NCBI GenBank assembly: GCA_965369865.1
Contig: CBDURU010000012.1
Coordinates: 1-54,201, forward strand
Reading direction: 5' to 3'
Source: an uncultured bacterium
GTDB lineage: Bacteria > JAJVIF01 > JAPKYR01
Length of the DNA stretch: 54,201 nucleotides
Position numbers and translations under genes: made by a program
Notes under the pieces: generated by a model
Databases searched by the model: none
What the model saw: the letters and a program-made list of their open reading frames with translations, nothing else
Told to the model about the DNA's origin: nothing
Shown: piece after piece, positions 1-8,591 of the stretch
Numbering within the stretch: the first letter of the stretch is position 1
Layout: each line of letters begins with the position of its first letter

Positions 1-79
1 ATACACCATCCCCCACAATTGATGAACCATCGATACACCATCCCCCACAATTGATAAACCATCGATACACCATCCCCCC
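1..79. repeat. 32-bp tandem repeat (2.5 copies visible, truncated by window edge)
   Basis: ATACACCATCCCCCACAATTGATRAACCATCG at 1-32 and 33-64, partial copy 65-79 running into hairpin ATCCCCCC-AGA-GGGGGGAT (72-90). Confidence 0.85.
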
Positions 80-117
80 AGAGGGGGGATTACAGGGGGG
101 GTCTTTTTACCTCACTT

Positions 118-126
118 TGGTATAAT
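118..126 (+). promoter_or_regulatory. Extended -10 promoter element for archease-rtcB
   Basis: TGgTATAAT 25 nt upstream of ATG 152. Confidence 0.55.
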
Positions 127-151
127 CTTACTCCTTAACCAGGAACCGACC

Positions 152-589
152 ATGACCGACCATTCCTACAAATGGGAACCTTCTCCACACACCGCCGATC
201 TCGCGATCGCCATTGAAGGTTCCGATAAAAACGCACTGTTTCATGCAGCGTTCGACGGGTTCCTCGGCATCCAGGACATCGATCGCAGCCCGGACGAATT
301 CGGTAAAATTACCGAGGACAACTTTGAATTTGAAACCGGCGAGATCGAAAATGCACTGGTGGATTTCCTTAATGAGTGTATATATGTGATGGAGGTCGAA
401 GAAGTTATTCCTTTTAAGATTATCGAGCTCAATTATGATAGTAAAATCTTAACCGCCAGGATCATGTGCAGAAATATCCGCAACGATGAACGAAGAGAAC
501 TTGGCCATATCAAGGCGGCAACTTACTCCGACCTCCAGGTTATCGAAGTTGATGGAAAATTAACGGCTAAGATAGTTTTTGACACGTAG
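152..589 (+). CDS. Archease
   Basis: HTAD motif at N-terminus, IKAATY and C-terminal FD; immediately upstream of rtcB. Confidence 0.92.
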   Translation: MTDHSYKWEPSPHTADLAIAIEGSDKNALFHAAFDGFLGIQDIDRSPDEFGKITEDNFEFETGEIENALVDFLNECIYVMEVEEVIPFKIIELNYDSKILTARIMCRNIRNDERRELGHIKAATYSDLQVIEVDGKLTAKIVFDT

Positions 590-597
590 GTGTTCTT

Positions 598-2061
598 ATG
601 GCTGACATGAAATTACCGGATCACCTGAAGCAGGTAGATGACAACCTTTTTATTCTCGAAAAGGGATTCAAGCCCGGCATGCGTGTGCCCGGCCATATTT
701 ACGTGTCGGAAAAATTAATGAAGCAGGTGGTTAATGACAATTCGCTCAACCAGGTCGCGAATGTAGCGACGCTGCCCGGAATAGTGCGTGCTTCGTACGC
801 GATGCCTGACATTCACTGGGGTTATGGCTTTGCGATTGGCGGTGTCGCTGCTTTTGACCCCAAAAAAGGAGGGATCGTAAGTCCGGGCGGGGTCGGGTAT
901 GACATCAACTGCGGTGTCAGGCTCATACGGAGCAATCTCGACATAAAGGATATCCGAAAATCTCTGGAACCCCTGACCGATGAGATCTTCAGGACCATTC
1001 CGGTTGGTGTCGGGAAAGAGGGCAGGATTGTTTTCAAAGGCAAGAAGATGGATCGGCTCCTGAGAAATGGCGCGGAAACGATTGTGGCTGAGGGCCTGGG
1101 ATGGCCGGATGACCTTGAATACCTTGAGGAATTCGGAGCGCTGAAAAACGCCGATCCTTATTACGTCACCGATAAAGCCCGTAAGCGTGGGGAAAAACAG
1201 TGCGGGACCCTTGGCGGCGGGAATCACTTCATCGAAATTCAGAGGGTCGATGAAATTCTCGACCGTGAAGCCGCGAATGTGTACGGGCTTGCGGAGGGTA
1301 TGGTCACCGTGATGGTCCATACCGGATCGCGCGGACTCGGCCACCAGACCTGCGACGACAATCTTCGGATTCTCAGGGACGCGGTTCAAAAATATGGTAT
1401 CGAACTTCCCGACCGCCAGCTCGCATGTGCCCCGCTCGATTCGGAAGAGGGCCGGAATTATTTGTCAGCGATGGCATGCGCGGCGAATTACGCGTGGGCG
1501 AATCGTTCCATACTTGTGTATCTGATAAGGCTGGCTTTCGAGCACATATTCGGACAGGGAGCTGAACGTCTCGGGTTGGAAATTGTTTATGATGTCGCGC
1601 ACAACATAGCGAAATGGGAAAAACACGAGGTCGATGGCAAGACAAAACGGCTCCTGATCCACAGGAAGGGGGCGACAAGGGCATTCGCGGCCGGGCATGA
1701 TGACCTTCCGGAAGCCTATGCGAAAATTGGCCAGCCGGTTTTGATTCCCGGTGATATGGGGACAGCATCGTGGGTACTCAGGGCGCGTCCGAAAGCGATG
1801 GAGTCGGTATTCGGATCGACGTGTCATGGCGCGGGTCGCGCGATGGGTCGCGGTCAGGCGAAACGGACAATTGAATACAACACTCTTATGAAAGAAATGG
1901 CCCGTCGGGACATTATTGTGCGCGCGGGAAGCAGAAAGGGCCTGGTAGAGGAAGCCCCCGACGCGTACAAGGACATTGATGAGGTAGTGGAGGTCATGCA
2001 CCAGTCAGGGATAAGCACAAAAGTCGCGAGACTGAAACCCTTAGCTGTAATTAAGGGTTAG
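598..2061 (+). CDS. rtcB: RNA-splicing ligase RtcB (archaeal/eukaryotic-like, archease-linked type)
   Basis: MPDIHWGYGF, DINCG, GNHF, HTGSRG, HRKGAT, STCHGAGR, EEAPDAYK motifs. Confidence 0.97.
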   Translation: MADMKLPDHLKQVDDNLFILEKGFKPGMRVPGHIYVSEKLMKQVVNDNSLNQVANVATLPGIVRASYAMPDIHWGYGFAIGGVAAFDPKKGGIVSPGGVGYDINCGVRLIRSNLDIKDIRKSLEPLTDEIFRTIPVGVGKEGRIVFKGKKMDRLLRNGAETIVAEGLGWPDDLEYLEEFGALKNADPYYVTDKARKRGEKQCGTLGGGNHFIEIQRVDEILDREAANVYGLAEGMVTVMVHTGSRGLGHQTCDDNLRILRDAVQKYGIELPDRQLACAPLDSEEGRNYLSAMACAANYAWANRSILVYLIRLAFEHIFGQGAERLGLEIVYDVAHNIAKWEKHEVDGKTKRLLIHRKGATRAFAAGHDDLPEAYAKIGQPVLIPGDMGTASWVLRARPKAMESVFGSTCHGAGRAMGRGQAKRTIEYNTLMKEMARRDIIVRAGSRKGLVEEAPDAYKDIDEVVEVMHQSGISTKVARLKPLAVIKG

Positions 2062-2224
2062 TGTACACAAAAAATAATCATCCATCCCGTAGAACTGCAC
2101 GGCAGTGCGTCATTATAATAATCTCGGGTGGCGCCAACAAGCAGAAGCGCAGCGAAGGCTTGTGGGTGATGAAACCTTGTCAATACTATGGATTCACTGG
2201 TAGAATTGAATTGAGGTATTTACT

Positions 2225-2368
2225 ATGAAATTACTTGTAACTCTCGAACGCGATGAAACAGGCATGATTGTGGTTGAATGTCCAGCTATTCCAGGATGTG
2301 TAACCCAGGGAAAGACGGAGGATGAAGCATTGGAAAATATTCGCGAAGCTATCTCGCTGCTCTTTTAA
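2225..2368 (+). CDS. Short HicB-family antitoxin-like ORF (47 aa, possibly truncated); not in ORF track
   Basis: Translates MKLLVTLERDETGMIVVECPAIPGCVTQGKTEDEALENIREAISLLF*; PxxPGCxTQGxTxxEAxxNxxEAI HicB signature; GAGGT SD at 2213-2217. Confidence 0.8.
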   Translation: MKLLVTLERDETGMIVVECPAIPGCVTQGKTEDEALENIREAISLLF

Positions 2369-2406
2369 CAGCCTTTATTCATCAATTATTCAAAGCAGGT
2401 GAGAAA

Positions 2407-3303
2407 ATGACTGATAATGAATCCAAATTTCTTCAAACATTAGGATATTGTCAAACGGTAAGTCCTAGAATGCAAAAAGAATTCCCTAATGGAATCAAAT
2501 ATATAGATTCTTTAATAGATTTAGATATAGCTATTTTAAATCAATTAAATAATATTAAACGTCTATTTGCTGCACAGATTTATTCTGCTATTTCCACATC
2601 TTTTGCACATTGTATGATAGCAAATTATCTTGGATTCTATACTCAGAGTAAACATTATTCAAGAAGAGGGATTGAAGGATCACTATTATTGATGCTTTGT
2701 CTCTATGACGAGGAATTCTGGTATGCCTGGGCTAATTACTCACCTAAGTCAACCCAATCAGAATTCTTAAAGGATGATGTTTTAGAGAAAAAGTTCAAGG
2801 ATTTTCATAATTTTATGCAAAGTCAATATTATCAGGGATATTTAGGATCAAGCAAGAGGTTAGAAAACTGGGAAAAATTGCTTCAAAAAAGATTATGGCA
2901 GAAATCGAAATTAAAAAACAAAGAAAAGTTGAAAGAGCATTCTGACGATCTAGATTTTCTAGTAAATATGTATAATCTCGATTCTGATTTTTCAGTACAC
3001 TTTAACCATTTCAGCATTAATGCTTTCTATGAATTTAAAGATAATAAAATCCACCAACAAGTTTTCCCGAATATTACACCCCATGAAATATGGCGTGTTA
3101 CTTCTGAATCAGCAGTGGTTTGGTTGCGATCGATTAAATTTTTGTGTGATATTATGAAGAATTGTATAAGTGAATTTACATTGCCTGAGAATGAATACAA
3201 AATTGCAGAAAGGAGTATGGACGAATGGAAGCAAGGGTATTTAACCGAATTTAGGCCAGACTTATTAACAAAAAAAGAATGTAATGATAAATCAGGAAGC
3301 TAA
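2407..3303 (+). CDS. AT-rich hypothetical protein, DUF5677/HEPN-like
   Basis: All-helical character, RxxIE motif and Yxxx-SxxSVH motif; markedly more AT-rich than flanks. Confidence 0.45.
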   Translation: MTDNESKFLQTLGYCQTVSPRMQKEFPNGIKYIDSLIDLDIAILNQLNNIKRLFAAQIYSAISTSFAHCMIANYLGFYTQSKHYSRRGIEGSLLLMLCLYDEEFWYAWANYSPKSTQSEFLKDDVLEKKFKDFHNFMQSQYYQGYLGSSKRLENWEKLLQKRLWQKSKLKNKEKLKEHSDDLDFLVNMYNLDSDFSVHFNHFSINAFYEFKDNKIHQQVFPNITPHEIWRVTSESAVVWLRSIKFLCDIMKNCISEFTLPENEYKIAERSMDEWKQGYLTEFRPDLLTKKECNDKSGS

Positions 3304-3319
3304 TCATTCATGAGAAGAT

Positions 3320-4348
3320 TTACACTAACGCTTCTTCCGGGATCGTCTTGATGTATTTATCCGCCATCAGGGCTGCCTGGGCTCCCTGCCCGCATGCGAT
3401 GACAGCCTGCTTGAACGGCTCCCACCTGACATCGCCGATCGCGTACAGCCCCGGAATATTTGTCTCGCATAAATGAGTCGCCACGATGTATTTCCAATCG
3501 TCCATCTCGACATCCAGATCGATGTATCCGGTATTTCCAGTAGCCCCGATATAAACAAACAACCCATCCACATCGAGTTTTGTGGTCTCATCGGTTTTTA
3601 CATTGCGGACTATTACACCCTCGACCTTCTGATCGCCAAGGATCTCCTCCACGACACTGTCCCACTGGAATTTTATTTTCGGATTGTCAAACGCCAGTTT
3701 CGCGTGGTTCGGACGTGCGCGAAGTTCATCGCGACGGTGGATAATTGTCACCGAACTCGCGAATTTCGTGAGGTAATCCGCTTCCTCGACCGCGGCGTCT
3801 CCACCGCCAACCACGGCAACATCTTTCCCCTTATAAAAACCCGCATCGCAGACCGCGCATGTCGAAATACCCTTCCCGAGTTTATCCTTCGCGCCTTTAG
3901 CTTTCAAAGGTCTTGGATTACTGCCCGACGCGATGATTACAGACTTGGCATGATGAGTGCCGCCATCGCAAACGATCTCAAACAACGGGCCGCCATCGAG
4001 GAATTTCAGAGATATGACATTGTCCATCTCGAATGTCACATCATGCTCGTTCATCTGCTTCTCGATTTTCTGCGCGAGATCGAATCCGCTTATGCTGCCC
4101 GGGAATCCGGGGAAGTTATCGAATTCGGATGACAGGAGTACTGCACCGCCAAGTGCGCCTTTATCGATGATCAGGGTTTTGAGCAGTCCACGTCCTGCGT
4201 AGATCGCGGCTGTCATCCCACCTGGCCCGCCTCCGATTATCGCGATATCATAAAGTTTTGAATCACTTGCCATATTTTTTTCCTCGTCCTTCTTTTTCAT
4301 GCCACCGAGTAGGTTTCCAGCATCGAATTCCTTGTATTTCTCAACCAT
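3320..4348 (-). CDS. trxB: Thioredoxin-disulfide reductase
   Basis: GGGPGG FAD motif, CAVCD redox motif, GGGDAAVEEA, HRRDELRA, GLYAIGD. Confidence 0.95.
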   Translation of the reverse strand: MVEKYKEFDAGNLLGGMKKKDEEKNMASDSKLYDIAIIGGGPGGMTAAIYAGRGLLKTLIIDKGALGGAVLLSSEFDNFPGFPGSISGFDLAQKIEKQMNEHDVTFEMDNVISLKFLDGGPLFEIVCDGGTHHAKSVIIASGSNPRPLKAKGAKDKLGKGISTCAVCDAGFYKGKDVAVVGGGDAAVEEADYLTKFASSVTIIHRRDELRARPNHAKLAFDNPKIKFQWDSVVEEILGDQKVEGVIVRNVKTDETTKLDVDGLFVYIGATGNTGYIDLDVEMDDWKYIVATHLCETNIPGLYAIGDVRWEPFKQAVIACGQGAQAALMADKYIKTIPEEALV

Positions 4349-4413
4349 TTTTCAATCCTCTGTTATTAGAAAATACGTTCAGCCCGGCGATTATACATCT
4401 TTGAGGGGTATTT

Positions 4414-5205
4414 TTACATATCGAAGGTTCGTATAAATTCGGTTATCAGTTTCCCAAGCCTCTCCACACCGGTCTCCGCGGATTTAACAACTTCCTCATG
4501 ACTGAGAGATGTCGATTTGCCATGCACATTCGCGATAGCACTCAGGGCAAACGCGGTCATCCCCAATTCCTGCGCGCGGATAAGTTCGGGCACCGTGCTC
4601 ATTCCGACAACCTGGCATCCAAGTTTTAAAAGCCAGTTAACTTCCGCGGCGGTTTCGTAGGTTGGTCCCGGTACCCCAGCATAATTTCCGGATTTGATAT
4701 TTATTCCAAGGCTGGATCCCGCTTCTAATAATTTTTCCTTAATTACCGGCGATGTTTCTCTGAATTGCCCGCCATCGACCTGGCGATCCGTTCCTGGTAT
4801 CGGGATGAAACATTTGAATTTGTCGATAGCTACAAGATCTCCCATGTTGAGTGATCTATCAAGCCCACCAGCCGCATTTATACAGATGAGATTTTCCGCG
4901 CCAAGCTCACGCGAAAGATCGATGTAGTAACCGATTTCCTCGTACGAATATCCCTGGTAAAAATGACGTCGTCCTGTCCATAGTGCCCAATCGCCATACC
5001 CCACGGAAATAATTTGTAGAATACCGCCATGTCCTGGGATTCCCGGGTCTGCCAATCCCGGGATTTCATTGTAGCTGATTTGAGATTTAACAAGAGAATG
5101 GTCGATTGGAAGAGCCTGTCCGCTTCCTGTGGAAATGCAGCCGGTCAATTTTCCAGTTCCAATGCCCTTGAGAACATCCATTGCATTTTTAAATGTGTCA
5201 GACAT
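4414..5205 (-). CDS. Purine nucleoside phosphorylase (trimeric PNP/MTAP family)
   Basis: GHGG, GRRHFYQG, NAAGG, GPTYETAAE, VGMSTVPE, LSHEEV motifs. Confidence 0.88.
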   Translation of the reverse strand: MSDTFKNAMDVLKGIGTGKLTGCISTGSGQALPIDHSLVKSQISYNEIPGLADPGIPGHGGILQIISVGYGDWALWTGRRHFYQGYSYEEIGYYIDLSRELGAENLICINAAGGLDRSLNMGDLVAIDKFKCFIPIPGTDRQVDGGQFRETSPVIKEKLLEAGSSLGINIKSGNYAGVPGPTYETAAEVNWLLKLGCQVVGMSTVPELIRAQELGMTAFALSAIANVHGKSTSLSHEEVVKSAETGVERLGKLITEFIRTFDM

Positions 5206-5210
5206 GGATT

Positions 5211-7760
5211 TTACAAGTCCGGTTCTGAATCCGGAGGCTCCCTGTCCTCATCTTCAGGACTTCTGCGAAGTTCACCCATCGCGGTATACAGGAGGTCGTA
5301 CGCATGCTGGCTTTGTTCTGAACCAAGTAATTCGCGCTCTGTCAGGATTTCGATCACCTGGTTCGCGCGAAGAGTGACGTCATCCCAGTTCCCAAGCTCA
5401 GCCTGTACCTCGGCGATTCTCAACGCGAACGGCGCCTGCAGAAGTCCGATATCGAGATTGCCCAGATATTGATCTCCACCGCCAAGCGGGGTGTTAAGGC
5501 CGTTATAAAGCGGTACAAGCGATTCCTCGATACGCTCCATCCCGATGAGCATATCCGCCTTGATCCACCATGCCTCGCGAATTGTTTCAGTAATATCTAT
5601 CCAGTCATATCGCGCGAGAGATTTCCCTTTCAGAGCACCGAAATCTATTTCATTGGTCCCCTCGTACAGCGGGACAAACAAATCTTCAAGAGATGCGATA
5701 TAGATCAACGCTTCTTCATACTCGCCCTCGTCCTTATAATACTGCGCGATACCGAGGTAATACCGCGGGATATTTTTCGGATCGAGTTCGATTGAATGGA
5801 GGATTTTCTGCAAACCTTCAGCCCTGAGCTCATCGTTTCCAGTCAATCGTCCAGTAAGAATTTCGAGCTGCCCCACATAATAGTGGCTTGCCGGACGGTA
5901 CGGGGTCACCTGCAATAAACGTCTCCCGTACTCCAGTCCCGCTTCGATTATTGGCTCTGCGGTTTCGAGATGCCCGGCTTCCGCAAGGTCCTGGGAACCA
6001 AAGAAATGTGCGCTGACAAGGTCCTTTAGCGGATACCAGTTCCATGGGTTATATTTCAAGGCTTCCCGCCAGTATTTCATGCCTTCCTGGACAACATCGC
6101 TTCTCGCTTCAGTGAATGCCTCTGATAAGGTCGGGATTTCCTGGGTCGCTCCTCGAATCGCTTCTCTCTGGAGCTGGTTGATCTCAGCCTCCGCGCGTGC
6201 CTCCGCCAGGACTCCCTGGTTCTCGATCATATTTTTACCCGTTTCATAATAATTCATTGAGGCATAACCAAGGATATTGATGGCGAAAAGGACCCCTGCA
6301 AGTACCTGCCATACCGGAAGCGGCTTCAGGAACCATCCGGCTACGGGGATCGGGGTGTCATCGACTGATAAATCTACTGATTCATCCTTGTCAGTTTCAT
6401 CCGGTTCCCATTTTTCAACGGGAAGTTCCAGGTCAACCTTGCTGAATGAGAAGGTCCGGGCGACCAGCGCGATTTCAACAAGTAGCAGCATCGGGATGAC
6501 AGGGAAAGTCCAGTCGAAATCGAGTGCCATATGTCCAAGTTCGCCAACTATTCCACCGAGCAGCCCTACCCTGTAGACGGTGATCATTTTTCCGGGGACT
6601 TCCCTCAGGGTTTTAACGATCAGCCTGAATACAAGGGCGAGTATCGAAATTATCACTATTGCCCCGAACAAACCACCTTCGACCAGGAAACGCAGGTAAA
6701 TGCTATGCGGGTCTTTTGTGTAATATTGCGGATCGGTCTGGTAGTGTACATAGTAATAGCCGAATGAATTAAAACCGATACCGAAAATCGGATTTTTAAG
6801 AAAAACCCTCCACGCGATATCCCAGAATTCAAACCGCCCGATTACCGAGTAATCATCCCAGCGCATCTGGTTAAAACGGTCGATCATCGGCTGGAAAAAC
6901 CGTCCCCGATATTTTATGACGAACGGCAGGGCTGACAAGAAATACAGGACAACCAAGAGAACCGGTCGCCAGCTCACCATCGATTTTTTTCGGGACAGGA
7001 TGAACGGTATGGCGAAAAATGGGATCAGGCCTGCCAGCCATCCACCACGGGAGAGGGTCAAGCCGAATGCCGTGAATGTGAAATAGAAAAAATAAAGGAT
7101 AAAAAATGTCTGCGCTCCCCGTCTCAGGGAATAAAACTGCGCAAGCATCACGGGCCATACCAGGAGAAGAAATCCGGCGCATGGATTATGCCAGTAGAAC
7201 AGGCTTGAAAGCGGGGTTGCCCCTTTCCCGCTCCATAAGGCGCCGTAAAATATGAATATGCCGTGGAACGCGATCAGGAATCCCGCGACCATTACTATTT
7301 CTAAAAGTTGCCTGAGCCTTTTGAGCGAGTCGATATAAATAAATGCCATGAAAGCAATTGAAGCGTAGGCCAGGATGTTCATCGTCTCTTCAACCGTTTC
7401 GAAATGCCGCAATGAAACGAAATTCGCCATGACAAGCATGATGAACAGGGCGATTGGAAATATCCCACGGAAATTAACCAACCTGAGACCAATACTGATT
7501 CGTTTTGCATCGAGAATGCTGAAAATGAGGAGCCCACCAAACGCGAACGCACGAAAAGCCCATTGCGGTGCACGGGTCAGGTCGATACTTCCACCCTGGT
7601 TTAAAAGTAGGTAGGCAAGAACGACTGCAAAATAAATGACGAACCAGAGACCTTTATCGTGGGTGATGTCTTTCGCGAAGCCTTTGAACCGTGAAGCGAA
7701 TACTGAGGTTAACCCTGTTTCCTCAATTATAATTTCCTGTTTCTTTTTCTTTCGCGTCAA
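5211..7760 (-). CDS. O-antigen ligase / O-oligosaccharyltransferase family membrane protein with C-terminal TPR-like region
   Basis: Multiple TM helices, TLSRGGW, RFEFWDIAW..NPIFGIG, PHSIYLRFLVEGG (Wzy_C); helical repeats at C-terminus. Confidence 0.85.
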   Translation of the reverse strand: MTRKKKKQEIIIEETGLTSVFASRFKGFAKDITHDKGLWFVIYFAVVLAYLLLNQGGSIDLTRAPQWAFRAFAFGGLLIFSILDAKRISIGLRLVNFRGIFPIALFIMLVMANFVSLRHFETVEETMNILAYASIAFMAFIYIDSLKRLRQLLEIVMVAGFLIAFHGIFIFYGALWSGKGATPLSSLFYWHNPCAGFLLLVWPVMLAQFYSLRRGAQTFFILYFFYFTFTAFGLTLSRGGWLAGLIPFFAIPFILSRKKSMVSWRPVLLVVLYFLSALPFVIKYRGRFFQPMIDRFNQMRWDDYSVIGRFEFWDIAWRVFLKNPIFGIGFNSFGYYYVHYQTDPQYYTKDPHSIYLRFLVEGGLFGAIVIISILALVFRLIVKTLREVPGKMITVYRVGLLGGIVGELGHMALDFDWTFPVIPMLLLVEIALVARTFSFSKVDLELPVEKWEPDETDKDESVDLSVDDTPIPVAGWFLKPLPVWQVLAGVLFAINILGYASMNYYETGKNMIENQGVLAEARAEAEINQLQREAIRGATQEIPTLSEAFTEARSDVVQEGMKYWREALKYNPWNWYPLKDLVSAHFFGSQDLAEAGHLETAEPIIEAGLEYGRRLLQVTPYRPASHYYVGQLEILTGRLTGNDELRAEGLQKILHSIELDPKNIPRYYLGIAQYYKDEGEYEEALIYIASLEDLFVPLYEGTNEIDFGALKGKSLARYDWIDITETIREAWWIKADMLIGMERIEESLVPLYNGLNTPLGGGDQYLGNLDIGLLQAPFALRIAEVQAELGNWDDVTLRANQVIEILTERELLGSEQSQHAYDLLYTAMGELRRSPEDEDREPPDSEPDL

Positions 7761-7834
7761 TGTTTCGTTAATTATACACTCCGCTTAAGTTGTATGCCAT
7801 TGGAAAGGATAGCTGTCATCACTCTCCAACTTCC

Positions 7835-8476
7835 TTATTCTTTCACTGCTTTAAGGCAAACCGATTTTGTATTTTCACCAACCAGGATTGATTCCTCGAC
7901 AGTAAAACCTGCCTGTTCAGCGAGCACTGTCAGGATGTCCGGTGATGCCGCAAAGCTTTGTTCCGGTACCGGACCCCATCTTGAGAAGTACCTCCGCATC
8001 ATTTCCTTTTTCTTTTCAGGTGATAATCCGAATGATGTGTAATCCACCACAACCAGCCGCCCCCCGTCTTTCAGAATCCTGTAGCTCTCATTTAAAACCG
8101 TGCTGGGTTTGCGTACAAGGTGAAGCAGATTCGCCATAAGGACTGCGTCAAAACTACGGTCATCAAACGAAGTTCCATAGCAGTTATCAATGTTGACTTC
8201 GACATTATCGAAAATGGATAACCTTTCTCGTGCTATTAAGATCATTTCTTCCGACATATCAGTGGCCGTCAGATGATTAACAATGGGTGCGATCCAGAGT
8301 GACGTGAATCCGGAGCCGCATCCGAGTTCAAGCACAAGGTCACTTTCATCAAACTGGTTTTCAAGCCACATTTTAATTGCGTCATTCGTGGTTTTGCCGA
8401 TGATGTGGTTATTATCGTCATCGAATGTATCGGCGAATTTGCTCCAGTAATCGTAGTCGTTAGGTTCAATCTGCAT
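7835..8476 (-). CDS. Class I SAM-dependent methyltransferase
   Basis: VLELGCGSG motif I, DMS, SFDAV, RILKDGG. Confidence 0.9.
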   Translation of the reverse strand: MQIEPNDYDYWSKFADTFDDDNNHIIGKTTNDAIKMWLENQFDESDLVLELGCGSGFTSLWIAPIVNHLTATDMSEEMILIARERLSIFDNVEVNIDNCYGTSFDDRSFDAVLMANLLHLVRKPSTVLNESYRILKDGGRLVVVDYTSFGLSPEKKKEMMRRYFSRWGPVPEQSFAASPDILTVLAEQAGFTVEESILVGENTKSVCLKAVKE

Positions 8477-8591
8477 ATGCTGCTCCGGTCAGGATGAGTA
8501 TACCTGATAATTCCGGCAGTATGATTGCTAAAGGGTTGAAGAAATTTTACATGCTGGTAAGGCTTAACACATAGCGAATACATGCTAAATA

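Noticed and set aside
1..79. Possible CRISPR array
   Set aside because: Repeats are directly adjacent with no unique spacers and no cas genes are present
2089..2111. GTAG-initiated REP-like palindrome after rtcB
   Set aside because: Short, imperfect and single copy in the window; cannot be supported
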